A stretch of DNA of 64,000 bases. Origin: Mobula birostris. Its lineage: Eukaryota. The DNA lies in NCBI RefSeq assembly GCF_030028105.1, contig NC_092387.1, positions 52,585,590 through 52,649,589 of the forward strand, written 5' to 3'. Position 1 is the first letter of the stretch; each line of letters begins with the position of its first letter. A program made the translations under genes and the position numbers. Shown here piece by piece: positions 12,875-26,234 of the stretch. The notes below the pieces were generated by a model. The model was not told the DNA's origin. It was given only the letters and a program-made list of their open reading frames with translations, and ran no database searches.

Positions 12875-13380
12875 ATACACAGAATGCTGGAGGAACTCAG
12901 CAGGTCTGGCAACATCAATGGAAAGGTGCAAAGAGTTGACATTTTGGGCCAAGGCCCTTCATCAGTGCTGGAAAGGCAGGGGAAAGGAGCCAGAATCAGA
13001 AGGTACGGGGAGGGGAAGGAATACAAGCTGGAAGGTGATAAGGGAAGCCAGGCAATGTGGAAGGTAGGTGGGTGGGGGAGGGGCACGAAGTGAGTAGCTG
13101 GGTGGTGATAGGTGGAAAATGTAAAGGGTTGAAGAAGGTGGTCTCCAATAGGAGAAGAGAGTGGACCATGGGAGAAAGGCAGGAAGGAGGGGTGTTAGAG
13201 GGAGGTGTAAGACAAGTGAGGAGAAACGGTAAGAGAGGAGCCAGAATGGAAAAAAATAGAGAAGGGGGAGGGGGAGAAATTACCATGCTGCTAGATTGGA
13301 GGCTACCCAGACTGATTATGAAGCGTTGCTCTTTCGACCTGAGTTTGGCCTCATCGTGGCAGTGCTTGAAGGTTGACATG
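12875..13380 (-). mobile_element. PLE 3' end with degenerate hammerhead
   Basis: EAKLRSKEQRFIISLGSLQ (PLE ORF end) and agagttgacattttgggccaaggcccttcatcag. Confidence 0.75.
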
Positions 13381-14507
13381 AACTTGATGGCTCACTGTGC
13401 TGCAGAACTCTGTATGAGACAACTAGCAGTCTTTATTGCAACAATGAGGCCACTCTCAGGTTGGAGGAGCACCACCCCATGTTCCATCACCAACTCATCC
13501 ATCTCTCTTTGTTTGGCTCCAGCCTTCAGCTGTGAATGTGCGGGAATTTTCAAGCATGAAATTCAATTTGAAATTTCTCTGGATAACAGATTGAATCTGA
13601 TATTTTTCAATGTATCTGGTGATCAAATCTGCCAGAGTGAGCTGCTAAATAGAAGCGTTTGAACTGAAATATAATGTGTCAGCAAGAGCTACCAGGTGAA
13701 GCAACAGGTTGCAAAACCCCAAAGAAAGGCAAAAACATCAAACATCTGCAGAGGCTGTAAAACACAGGTGCGTGTGACAATAGCACCAGATGGAACAGAA
13801 ATGAACAAAATTAAACTCAGGAAATTGGCCAGATGTTCTGGTGAATAAGAAAATTTCAAAGGATTGCTTTATATTTAAAAATTACGCCTGAATTCAAAGC
13901 TCTGATCCTGGAAGATGGAACAGCTCACCTTACTTCTCAGAAGACCATGAATCTGCTGGTCCACACTAAATGGATTTCCAAAACTAATTTAGGTATGCAA
14001 GTTCCCATACCAGTCCTCCCAGGCAAACTCAGTACCATTGGGCAGCAGGTACAGGAGCCTTAGGTCCCACGTCACTGGTTTCAGGAACAGTTATTATCCT
14101 ACAAACATCAGGCTCCTGAACCATAAGACCATAAGTCAAAGGAGCAGAAGTCAGCCATTCGGCCCATCGAGCCTGCTCCGCCAGGCGTGGATAACTTCAC
14201 TCATCTAAACACTGAGCTGATTTCACAACCTACACACTCACTTTCAATAACTCCATAACTCATGTTCTCAGTATTATTTATTTACTTTATTTTTATATAG
14301 AATTTGCACGATTTACCCTCATTAGTTGTTTGTTAGTCTTTGTTATGCATAGCCTTTCATAAATTCTATTAAATCTTTATTTCCTGTAAATGTCTGCAAG
14401 AAAATGAATCTCGAGGTAATATTGGTGGCAGACATGTATCTGGATGATAAATTTACTTTGGATTTTGAAGAATCATCGACTCAGAGGAGTAAATAAGTCA
14501 GTAAAGA

Positions 14508-15070
14508 CACTCAGTGGCCACTTTATTAGTACCTTCTGTACCTGATAAAGTGAATATTCATGGTCTACTACTGGTGTAGCCCATCCACTTTAAGGTTCAG
14601 CATGCTCTACGTTGAAAGGTACACTTTTCCACAACACTGTCATAGCGCATTGGCTATTTGAGTTACTATCGTCTTCATTTCAGCTTGAACCAGTCTAGCC
14701 ATTCTCCTCTGATCTCTCCCTTTGTAAAAAGGCATTTTTGCCTACAGAACTGGCTCACACTGGATGTTTTTTTTTTGTTTTTTCACATGATTCTCAGTAA
14801 ACTCCAGAGTCTGATGTGTGTGAAAATCCCAGGAGATCAGCAGTTTGAGATACTCTAACCACCCCATGTAGCGCCAACAATCATTCCATGGTTTAAGTCT
14901 TTCAGATCACATTTCTTCCTCTTTCTGATATTTGGTCTGAACAACAGCTGAACATCTTGACCATGTCTGCATGCTTTCATGCATTGAATTGCTGCCACAC
15001 AATTGGCTGCTCAGATATTTGTATTAACGAGCAGGTGTACAGGAGTATCTAATAAAGTGGCCAATGAGTG
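14508..15070 (-). mobile_element. Internally deleted Tc1/mariner element
   Basis: TIRs cactcagtggccactttatt / aataaagtggccaatgagtg; body similar to 32301-32858. Confidence 0.85.
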
Positions 15071-15434
15071 CAAGTCAATACCAGTTTCCCAGTGGATCTA
15101 ATGGGATAATCATTTAATTGTGTTCTATAGAGTCACAGGGTGATGCAGCCTGAAAACAGGCCACTTGGTCCATTGGTTCTGTACTGACCATCAAACACCC
15201 ATTTAAATCCCATTCCATTTTACTCTTCCCACATTTCTGCTGATATCACTTCTCACCTGTACATTAGCAACTATTTATGGCAGCTAATCAAACCATCAGC
15301 CATCATATCTTTAGCATGAGGAAGGAAACTCAAGAACCCAGGGGAAAGCTTTCTGGTATTTCAATTACAGCCATTCATAGCTCATGAATGACAAGGTTGT
15401 GCTCTTCCTCGTCACTGTTTTGTGAAGTACTTAC

Positions 15435-15472
15435 CTTTTCCACAGGACAGAACGTGAAAGAGAGAAAGGTCC
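15435..15472 (-). CDS. Speculative internal micro-exon or recursive splice site
   Basis: cag|GGACC...GAAAAG|gtaagt; strong donor, weak acceptor. Confidence 0.15.
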
Positions 15473-15664
15473 CTGCATGTGAATTCTTTCATTGTAAGGT
15501 GGCTACTGCATATCACATTGGGCTTGGTGGAATGAAGTCTTGATCCAATGACAGAACATCGAAGATAATTGGAGCCAAGTCTTTGCTACACACACTTAAT
15601 GCACACATACATGGACAGACAGACAGACTGACCTCCAGATACCTCACCGAGGAAAGGGTGGTGT

Positions 15665-16020
15665 CCGTTCGTTCATTATGTGCCATGCTGTATGACACGG
15701 GCGATCATGGTCTTTCCATGACCATACTTGTTCTTGGCAAATTTTTCAACAGAAGTGCTTTGCTGTTGCCTTCCTCTGGGCAGTATCTTTACAGGACGGG
15801 TGACCCCAGCCATTATCAATACTCTCAGAGGTTGTCTGCCTGGTGTCAGTGGTTGCATGACCAGGACTTGTGATATGCTCATACGACCATCTGCAGCCTG
15901 CTCCCATGGCTTCACGTGACCCTGATTGGGGAGGGGTGGGGGGGGGTGAGCAGATACTACACCTTGCCCAAGTGTGACCTGCAGGCCAGCAGAGGGAAGG
16001 AGCACCTTACACTTCCTTTG
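15665..16020 (-). mobile_element. RTE-related SINE
   Basis: Reverse strand ggcaacagcaaagcacttctgttgaaaaatttgccaagaa ending in an (aacg)n tail, similar to RTE-type 3' ends. Confidence 0.55.
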
Positions 16021-16891
16021 GTGGCGCATTGGTTCATTTATTTGATTAGTAGGCAGTGATCTGGAGCCTGAATGCAGGGATTTATGCTTGAATCTTTGCA
16101 GAGCACCTGGGAAGCTTAATTTCAAATAATGTAATATATGTTGTGATTAGTAAAGTAGCCATCTTTAGTATTGGGAGCTATGAACCAATATATAATCTTT
16201 CTGGTACACTGAAATCCTTCAAGAAAGAGATTTACCATCATTACCCAGTCTGCCCTATATATAGAACATAGAACATAGCATGATATTGTGCCAACCTATA
16301 GAAACATACTCCATCATCAATCTAACCTTTTACTCCAACACAGCCCATAACTCTCCATTTTTCTGCATGCATGTGCCTATCTAAGAGTCTTTTAAATGTC
16401 TGTATTATATCAGCTTCTCTCTGGCTATGCGTTCACTATTCTCTGTATAAAAACTACTTCTGACGTCCCCTCTAAACTTTCCCCCACTCATCTTCAAAGG
16501 ATGTCCTGTGGTATTGGCCATTGCACCCTGGGAAAAGACACAGGCTGTCCACTTAATCTATGACTTTCATAACTGTGTATACATCTCTATCAAATTGCTT
16601 CTCATCTTTCTTTGCTCCAAAGAGAAAAGGTCAATCAGACGTTCCTCATAGGACTTGTTCTTTAATCCAGGTGATCTCCCTGGGACATCCACATTGTTGA
16701 CCATTAACTGCTGCCTTAGTCTGAGGGCAATTGCAGATGGACAACAAATGCTGGTATTATCCATCATGTTCACACCCCACAAGCAAATGCACAAAAACGT
16801 CAGCTGTAGCTCAGAGATCAGCATACTCATATTTAGAAGCAGGAAATTCAAGTACCACTCTGCAAAACAGCTAAGCCAAACTGTTCAGTAC

Positions 16892-17270
16892 AGAGCAACA
16901 AACACAAAATGCTAAAAGAATTCAGCAAGTCGGGTAGCATCTCTACAGAGCAATGAACAGTCGATGTTTCAGGCTGAACCCCTTCATCAGGACTGGAAAG
17001 GAAGGGGGAGAAGGTAGAGGGAAGGGAAGGACTACAGGATGGCAAGTGACAGGTGAGACCTGGTGAGGGGTAAGGCAGGTGAGTGGGGCGGAAGCTGGGA
17101 GGTGTCAGGTGGAATAGGTAAAAGGCCGAAGGAGGAGTCCGATTGGAGGGGAAAGGGTGCCATGGAAGAAAGGGAAGGAGGAGGAGGGTACCAGAGGGAG
17201 GAAATGGACAGGTGAGGAGAAGAGAGCAGGGAAGAGAGGAGCCTGAATGGGGAATGGAAAGAGTGCAGTG
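16892..17270 (-). mobile_element. PLE terminal repeat with hammerhead (16958-16995)
   Basis: Minus strand cagtc-ctgatga-a-ggggttcagcct-gaaa-catc-gactg. Confidence 0.8.
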
Positions 17271-18099
17271 AGAAATATAGTAGTTCCGCATGGGATGGTT
17301 TAGACAAATTTTTGGTCTAGCTGTATTGGTCTCTCTTGCTTTATGTATTTTTTTCAGCCACGGCTAAAGACTTCCTCAATTGTGCTGTATTTATGTATGT
17401 TTCATTTTAGCTTGGAACCTTTATATTCTACTCCAGACTGTCATGGATTACAATTTATTGGAAAAGTCACAGTAGCCAAAATTTTACCCTGAATTACTTC
17501 AGAATTGAATTTGACCCTGTCTACCACTTTTCAGAAATTGCATGGCATCATTTCAAAGAAGAACGCAATAATTCTCCAGAATCAATACTTACGCCTCAAT
17601 TAACCTCATATCATCTGGTAATGGCACTGAATAGAGTCTTCAACTGAAGCTAATAAATTCACATATTTAAAACAATCAAAGAAAATGAGTAATAAGTACG
17701 GAAGAGCTTGCGCTTTGATACAGCTTTGGATGTTGTAAAATACTTTATGACAGATCAGTTACTTTAAAGATTCATGCCCAACCACAGTACAAAATACAAA
17801 ATAAATAACATTAGATTACATTTTTTTAAAAAAAACCTCTGCCTAATTCTGCTTTGGAAGTAAAGAAGTGGAGTCAGGTTGGCAATTCTGGAATGAAAGT
17901 GTCCTGCAACTGTCAAACTCCCATCTATGGGTTTTTAGCAACTAAAATTAAGTTGTCCAAAGGAAATTATTGGTTTTAAAGTGATTTTTCAAAAGAATGC
18001 CTCTGTGGATTTTCTTTTGGGGTTTGATCATGCTGGCATCCAAAAAATTAAACTTTTTGTGTCAAGAAACACAAAGCTGGAAGGTTACAGCTCCAGGTC

Positions 18100-18400
18100 T
18101 TAAATTATCCTTATAGAGCTCAGAATTGAATCCATTCTCCTGGATAGATATGAGAAAGGTCAAGAGAAAGCAGCCTGTCCCATTCAGGTGGTGCAGCCAC
18201 CTACATCAATCACAGATCAATCCACCACATCTGAACCAATTCAGGTCAAACATTCTGAGAAATTCTTCTCTGCCTGTCACAGACCACAACTCCTATACAA
18301 ATCTTTGTGTCATCTGCAACCTTAAGAACTGTCTGTTTGATGTGTTCCTCCAAGACACTGATTCAGTGATGAACAAACATCCCAGGATACCAACAAAACA
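18100..18400 (-). mobile_element. Old CR1/L2 RT remnant
   Basis: Minus strand gttgcagatgacacaaag encodes VADDTK (RT catalytic motif); frame is broken. Confidence 0.5.
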
Positions 18401-18879
18401 TGCACCTAACATCAGCACAGCAGGTAAACCTCCCACTAAGTTGGCAGAAAGGAAAAAGAAAAATTTCAAACGTAGAACAGCACAGAAATGGGTCCTTTGG
18501 CTCACAATAGTTATGCTGAACATGAGGCCAAATTAAACTAAACCTCTCCTGCATGCACATGATCCATATCTCTCCATTCTCTTCACATTCATGTCTCTAT
18601 CAAAAAGCCCTTAACTGCCTCTGTTGGATCTGCTTCCACCACTACCCCTGGCAACCCATTCCAGACACCCACTACACTCCTCGTCAAAACTTGCCTCACA
18701 CATCTCTCCAACTTTCCCCCTCTCATCTACATGCATGCACTCTGATATTTGCCTTTTTTTTTTAAATCTTGGGAAAATATTCTATCTCCCCTATCTGTGC
18801 CTCTCATAATTGTATAAACTTCTATCCAAGTCTCCCCACAGACTTTGACACTCCAGAGGAAACAACCCAAGTTTGTCCT

Positions 18880-19006
18880 AAACACAAGGAATTCAGCAGG
18901 AGCTGGAAATTTAGAGCAACACACACAAAATGGTGGAGGAGCTCAGCAGGTCAGGCAGCATCTACAGAAAGAGTCAACGTTTCAGGCTGAGACCCTTCAT
19001 CGGGAC
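18880..19006 (-). mobile_element. Short PLE hammerhead-plus-tail element adjoining a CR1 3' fragment (18470-18880)
   Basis: aacacaaggaattcagcaggagctgg...gagtcaacgtttcaggctgagacccttcatcgggact. Confidence 0.75.
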
Positions 19007-19289
19007 TTTACATCAACACTATAGATCCTGAAGTGAAGCTCAGATACACGTATATTCCCTTTTTTCTCTCTCTCTCTTTCCCCTCTCAGTTTGTCAGGTT
19101 CTATCACACACAGTATAACCAATCAACAGCAAACGTGTGTTGCATCTTCAATGTTATGAAATGCCCCAAAGGCATATTTGCAAAAGATACAGTCTTAGCA
19201 GAAAAGAATTAAGAGGAAGCAACCAAAGTCTTGGTTAATCTTACTTTTGATTAATCCTGGTTAAACTAAAAGCTTTGGGGAACACACAT

Positions 19290-20288
19290 TGAGAGGTCAG
19301 CAGCGGGAAGTCTGAGCAATTTCAAGTTCCAGGGTATCAACATCTCTGAAGATCTATCCTGGGCCCAATAAATTGATGCAATCACAAAGAAGGCATGTCA
19401 GTGGCTATATTTCATGAAGAGTTTGGGGAGATGTGGTATGTCAGTAAATCCTCTAGCAAATTTATACAGATGTACTGTGTAGAGCTTTCAAACCAGATGC
19501 ATCGCTGTCTGGTATGGAGGGGCCACTATGCACAATCAGTAAAAGCTGCAGAGAGTTGCGTCATTAAAGACCTTCATCACTCAGGACATGGACTCTTCTC
19601 ATTATTACCATCAGAGAGGAGGCACAGGAGCCTGAAGATATACACTCAATGTTCTCAGAACAGCTTTTTGCTATCAGATTTCTGAACAGAAAACAAACCA
19701 ACCCATGAACAGTACTTCACTATTTCTGCAGAATTTATTTAATTTGTATATACATGTATGTAAAATTGTAATTTATAGTAATTTTATGTCTTATATTGTA
19801 CTGCTTCTGCTTAGTTGAGTGAACTTGGCCTTTTTTTCCTTGGAGCAACGGAGGACGAGAGGTGACCAGATAGAGGTGCATAAGATGATTATGCATTGAT
19901 TGTGTGGATAGTCAGAGGCTTTTTCCCAGGGCTGAAATGGCTAGCATGAGAGGGCACAGTTTTAAGGTGCTTGGAAGTAGGTACAGAGGAGATGTCAGGG
20001 GTAAGTTATTTACAGAGAGAGTGGCGAGTGTGTGGAATGGGCTGCTGGCGATAGTGGAGGCAGATACGATAAGGCCTTTTAAGAAACTCCTGGACAGGTA
20101 CATGGAGAAAAATAGAGGGCTATGGTTAACCCTAGGTAATTTCTTTCTAAGGTAAGGACATGTTCAGCACAGTTTTGTGGGCTGAAGGGCCTGTATTGTG
20201 CTGTAGGTTTTCTATGTTTCTTTGTTAAACAACAAATTTCATTACATACATAGTGATAATAAACCTAATTCAGATTCTGATTCTGATG
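19290..20288 (+). mobile_element. Rex1/Babar 3' fragment with nested CR1 3' end (19812-20220)
   Basis: FKFQGINISEDLSW and HSGHGLFSLLPS motifs; nested DSQRLFPRAEMASMRGHSFKVLGSRYRGDVRGKLFTERV. Confidence 0.8.
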
Positions 20289-21112
20289 GGAAGTTTTAAA
20301 AGGAAAAGCATGATGGAGATTAGGGAGGGAATTCCAGAGGCTGGGACCCAGACAGCTGAAGGAACAGTATCAATAGCTCAGGACAGGAAAGAGTTAAATA
20401 GCAGCTCCTTCTAATATAATGATCTCCCTTCCTTGGGGAAAGGAGAGGGATTGCCCTTTCATGGGGAAAAATGTTAGTGGGGCTTCAAGGGTGGGTTTTT
20501 GCTTTTAACAGATTAACAGTTATAAAAGCAGAACATCTTCAAGTTTGACAGGAAGCCATTCATTAGCAGAAAGGCAGATTAACATGTTGGGGGTAAACCC
20601 TTCAGTGCACATTTAAACAAAAGGAATTCAACCAAAACATTACCCTGCCTTTTCTTCTTAGATGCCAACTGGCCTGCTGAAAATTTCCTGAATTAATTTT
20701 ACAGTTTCTGGTCTATATATTCTTTTCATAAATACATTTTAGATTCATGGAATATTTTGGATGTATAAATGACCTTCAGCTAGAATGAGATGGAAGAAGC
20801 GAATCAGTAATGACAGAGGTAAATTACATGTTACAATCCCCCTGGCAGTCTGCTTACGTCGGCAGAGGTTTATATGGACCTTTCAGCAGAAACACATCAA
20901 TCAGTTTGAGAAGTTAAGGCAATCTGTGTCACCCACAGCTGGTCCAACACTTAACTACCTCCATACAGTGCAATAAATATGTTTATTATAAAATGCTGTT
21001 TGTATAGAAACTTTGGCCAGGACAAAATTCACTTAGAAAGCAACATTCCCTCTAACCTAGTGTTAGGTATCGGGCCTGCTTATCCAACACAGTTTGATGT
21101 ACTGGGTGCTGT

Positions 21113-21380
21113 TCAGGCGCCACAGTAGCGTAGAGGTTAGCGTAACCCTATTATAGCTCGTGGCATTCGGAGGTGGGACTTCATCTATAGGAGTACGTAT
21201 GTTTCCCCCGTGAAGAGTGTGGGTTTCCTCTGGCTGCTTGGATTGCCTCCCACTGTCCAAGGACGTACCAGTTAGGAGGTTAATTGTTAAATTGACCTGT
21301 GATTAGGCTAGTGTTAAATAGGTGTGTTATTGGGCAGGGAGGGTCTGTTCTGCACCGTACAGTATCTTGACATAAAAAAT
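21113..21380 (+). mobile_element. V-SINE (HE1-like)
   Basis: Head ggcgccacagtagcgtagaggttagcgtaacc and V-domain gtgggtttcctctgg; similar copies at 25090-25325, 27030-27290, 28135-28345, 43675-43900, 49850-50080, 53120-53310. Confidence 0.75.
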
Positions 21381-22175
21381 AAAATTAGTTTGGGCATTGG
21401 ATATTCCATATTTCCAGGCTCAGATTAGCTTTTAAATTTGTAAATGGACTCACTTCAAGCCAGCTGTGCCTCAGTAGGCACCACTCTCGTTTCTGAGTCC
21501 AAGGGTTGTAAGTTCAAGTCTCATTCCGGAACCTTGAATAGGACACTAGAATAGAAAGCTTGTATGTGTAACAGCGGCCTTAAAGACCTCTCAGTGAAGT
21601 ATTGCTTGCATTTACATCCAGATTAACACTGGGTTTGACTTTTAACTGTCCTCTAAAGGCCAGGCAAGCCACTCGTTTTAAAAGCAGCCAATAAATTCTG
21701 GTGTTTCCAGCCGCAGACTAGGAAAAAATAAATAGCATAACATATTTTATATCGCTTTCACTTCCTGCTGACATGTGCAAGGCAGGGCTAATAGCACAGT
21801 CCTTGTAGAGTCATTTCCCCTGAGCTAGGACTATTGTGCTCTACTTGATTATAGACCATTTACTTTTTTTTTACATATTAACAGCGCATTAAAGTGGAGC
21901 TCGGAGGAATTTTATATCAACACATTATGCTGTAAGAACACCTCAAAACACTCTGTTCAGAAAATGATATTGATGGAGACATCCATTTTGTACATAGAAT
22001 AAAGATTGACAGGGTCCATGCGGTGAGAATATATCATCCAAGTGAAGGGCCTGAACCAGGAGCAAAGACCCAAGACAAGGATTCAGATTCATTTATTTAT
22101 CCTACGTATATCAAAATATGAGTTAACAACCAACACAACTTAAGGATGTGCTGGGGACAGCCCACGTGCATCTCT

Positions 22176-22203
<28 letters not shown>
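22176..22203. repeat. (CA)n microsatellite
   Basis: Direct reading. Confidence 0.95.
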
Positions 22204-22207
<4 letters not shown>

Positions 22208-23059
22208 CCAACAGAGTATGCCCACCATGTTTGCAGAACAACAGCAAATCAAGCCCCATTCCCTCTCCTCTCTCTCACGCACACACACAGGGATCAGGCA
22301 TCAGGTACTTGAATAGAAGGTGCTGAGTCTATGTAATTCTCTGTACTAGCAAGCTGCGAATGCACAGAGTTAAAGCCTGGACTTAATAAATTGTTGGAAT
22401 GTTTAGTGAATCAAAGACTAACAGGACCTATGAAGATAGTTGATTTAAGACCTACCAAAGCACAGGTCATCCCTACGTAGCAAACAAGTTACATTTGTAG
22501 AAGTTCATAAGTTTTGTCTATCAGTTGGAAAATATACAATAATCATTCAACATAGTAACACCACCAACAGTGTTGCAATGAATGTCACCAAAAATACAAA
22601 ATCTGATTAAAAAGAGCAATTACTAAAAGTGGGGAGAGAGCAATGTATTTATGTGGGTCAGGCTTTTGAATTGATTAATATTATGGGAGCTTGTTCACAT
22701 GTTGGAAAGTCCATAAGATGGACGTTTGTAAGCCAGTGATAGCCTGTGGCTTTGATCCTAATGAACAGCAAAGTAGACTTGAGAGTCCAAATGGCCAGGT
22801 CTTGTTCCAATTTCTTAGAGCCTGAGACTCAGAGTTTTACACATTGAGAAATGGCTTCCTGTACTCTCTGTCTCTCCAGGCTACATCCTGTGTGTCAGGC
22901 TGTATCTACTGAGGGAAGTGGGGGGTTTATGTTTTAGACACAGCATGTTGTCTGTCCATTTCCCTGCCCCACTGAGTTCTCCCAGTGCTTGGTGTGAGGC
23001 TCTGCCCTTTTACAATATGATCGAGCAGCTGGGCTTGAGAGACGATTCAGTTGTCTCAC

Positions 23060-23123
23060 TGCAGAGTCCTGTGGACAGTTTGATTACATTCTCCATTAAA
23101 CAGAAAGCCAGCTGATCTCCATC
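23060..23123 (-). CDS. Speculative internal exon (DGDQLAFCLMENVIKLSTGLC)
   Basis: Good acceptor ttttcatgttttgtctgtcag, donor CA|gtgaga, 64 nt of unique DNA. Confidence 0.2.
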
Positions 23124-23716
23124 CTGACAGACAAAACATGAAAATAATAACACTTAAACACCTGGAAATGACAGGGAAACCGGCAATGGGCTGGGACCTG
23201 TCGGCTGTCAATGGAGAGCCGTGGAACAAAATTCCTCGCTTGGTTATGAAGTAAATGGAGGCCCTTTCCGAATGCTCTGCCCACATCGATGAATTGCTGC
23301 TAACCAGAGCCCACATGTACACCCTTACAATCTGTAATTCACACCGTCACCTTAACGATCAGGTGGTGAATAAAGGGAGACCTGCATTTCTGTAGCACCT
23401 TTCACTCCCTGTCTGAAAGCCCCAAATAATTATGTAGATCTGTATCGTAATATTGGAAACGTGATGCACAGTGAGATCCCACAAAGATAAGAATGACTGG
23501 ATGATATGGTTCCAGTGATTTCAAAGGAGGGTTAGATACTGCCTGGGACGCATCTGCAACATAGCACTGTGAGATCAATTACTATCTCCTGGGAGAACAG
23601 TCTGGATGTTCGGTCAGTGTCTCTGATTCATGGCACTTCCTGACAATCCTTTATGGAAACACTAGACATGACTTTTGTGCTCATGTCTCTGAAGTGGGAC
23701 TTGAATCCATGGTCAC

Positions 23717-23961
23717 TGTTGTGTATTTTATACTTAAATAAAATGTTTGAGTAATCTTGTGTGTGTGTGTGTATATATATATTAGTTGATTACGCATTCT
23801 TGTTTATTTAAATCATTCATTATGGATTATATGTATAAATACGTGAATTGCATACGTTATCACGCTACCACGTGACATGTGCACTTCTTACTTAAAGTAA
23901 ACTCAGTTAGACCTACATTTCAGACTCCTGTTTGAATTAGCTTAATTTACAAAACTTAACA
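23717..23961. mobile_element. Solo LTR (Gypsy/BEL-like) inserted in an old tRNA-SINE
   Basis: TGTT...AACA termini, 5-bp TSD gtcac (23712-23716 / 23962-23966); diverged second copy at ~31600-31838. Confidence 0.75.
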
Positions 23962-24056
23962 GTCACCTGACTCGAGGAAGGAATATGACCCTCTTGAGCC
24001 ACAGCTGCTTGATAACTTCACTCACCTCAACTATGATCTGATTCCACAACCTATGG

Positions 24057-24685
24057 CAGACATCCCACCTCTCCCGGAAGTTCCGGCAGTCTCCCGCATA
24101 TTGATAGTGGCTCCCTGACGCCCGGAAATTATATACAATATCCCGGAAATTGATTGTTTAGAGAGGGAGAGCGAGAGCGAGTATCCTGATTGGTCTCTCT
24201 TCGTGCTAAGTAGACATATCAGTCTTCTCTGTGGGCGGGCTTTACAGTCGACCTTAAAAATAATGACAGTGCTGCTCACTGCACTGTTTGCAACAGTGAC
24301 TTTTCTATTGCCCATGGTGGGTTAAAATGTAAAAGACATGTTGAGGTGAGTTTAACAGGTGTCATTCGTTCATTAGCATAGCTAACGTCATTTAAACTAG
24401 CTGGCTAGCTGCTAAGGAGCTATTCTATTGATGTGCTATTTGATGAGGCCAAGCTCCCTGTAGACTTGCTTAAAGTTGTAATAGAATAAACATGATAATA
24501 TAATATAATAAGGACATACTTTAATGTCACATTTTCTGCATATACCCAATTTGGTTTACAGATTAGACAAAATCACTAAACGAAGTATTACGTGCACCCT
24601 TGGAGGTCCACCGGGGGGGGGGGGGGGAGAGGCGGGGGAATATAGGGTTGCAGTGGGCGGGGGTTTTTGCAGGGTGGGATGTCTG
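24057..24685. mobile_element. Non-autonomous DNA transposon (hAT-like MITE) with 6-bp TSD
   Basis: 13-bp TIR cagacatcccacc / ggtgggatgtctg, TSD ctatgg. Confidence 0.85.
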
Positions 24686-26234
24686 CTATGGACTCAGTTG
24701 CAAAGACTCTAACTACTCACGCTCTCAATATTATTTATTTATTCTTATTATTTGTTTTATTTTGTATTTGCACCAGTTTGTTTTCTTTTGCACATTGGTT
24801 GTTTGCAGATTTTCATTAATTCTATTGTGTTTCTCCATTCTACAATGAATGCCAGCAAGAAAATGAATCTTGGGGTAGTATGTGATGATATTGACAGTGT
24901 GAACTTTGATTTTAAAAAACTTAACTTTGAGCTGACCATCCACACTCACGATTTCGGGAAGACACTCAGTCTCCCAACCCCAACTCCCACCCTCACTATC
25001 GCATAAATGCAGCAGTATACTTAGAGACATACCAAAAAGGAACAAAGTGAAACAACTGGCATTTACAATGGGGTAACCAAGTCTAACCAGTGGCTGGCGT
25101 CAGAGTTCAGAGTTCAATTCTCTGTAAGGAGTCTGTGCCATGTGACATGTGGGTTTCCTCTGGGTGCTCCAGCTTACTCCCACAATCCAAAATCGTACCT
25201 AATTAGTAGTTAATTGGTCATTGCCCATTTTCCTGTGATTAGGCTGGGATTAAATCAGTGAGTTGCTGGCAGCATGGCTCGAAGGGCCAGAAGGGCCAAA
25301 TCTGTGCTGTACCTCTAAATGAATGAATAATCTATAGTAGAAATGCTACTATGAGTGTTGACCAGGACAGAATTCTATTGGTCTTGATAAAGGATCTCGA
25401 CCCGGAACATTGACTGTATTTTCCCCTCCTGACTTGCTGATTTCCTCCAACATCTTATGTGCATGTTGTTCAAAATTTCTCCAGCATCTGCAGAATCTCT
25501 TCTGTTTAGAATTTTTTTTTTTTTTTTTTTTTATTAAGTGCAATCGTGAACAATAGCCAGATTAGAAGTGCTGATCAAGTCAACTAGCTCCCGAAGAGAA
25601 CTCTGATAGGCCAATTAGATGGTTCACTGCTGCTCAGCGATAGAACGCAAAACAGGCAAAAGTGTTGCTAGCCCCTGTACCCTAGAAACACACCTGAGTG
25701 GTGCGGCAGAGGTATGTGCTATGCATGACCTGATCTGAAAGCATCATGTTGACTCATAACAGATCGTGTTCACGGTGGAACAGCTTAGTCAAGGATGGGG
25801 TGATCAGCACAGATGGACAAATTATACCTCCACTACCCGTTAGTTCCACTGGTGTTATCTCCAGGGTCTCTCACCTTCACCCTTTGAACTTCACTTTGAG
25901 TTTTGAGAGCAGTCTGAAGGGATACACTTTGACAGAGGGGATAAAGAAGCGAAACAAGGAAGGAAATCAATGAAATACTGGAGCGGGTTGACAATGTAGC
26001 TAAACTTCAGCCACATAGACAATAACAGGCTCTTCCAGCCCAATGACCCCATGCCATCCAATTACACCCATGTGACCAACTAACCACATGTCTGGAATGT
26101 GGGAGGAAACCAGATCACCCAGAGGAAATCCACATGGGCACAGGGAGAATGTACATACTCCTTATAGACAGCAGCAAAACTAAACCCGGTTCACTGGCAA
26201 TTTAGTAGCTTATGCTAACCACTACTCTATAGTG

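Noticed and set aside
13057-13662. 201-aa ORF as a host gene
   Set aside because: Antisense read-through of a purine-rich PLE repeat.
18126-18536. 136-aa ORF as an exon
   Set aside because: The opposite strand carries an ADDTK RT remnant, so it is a decayed LINE.
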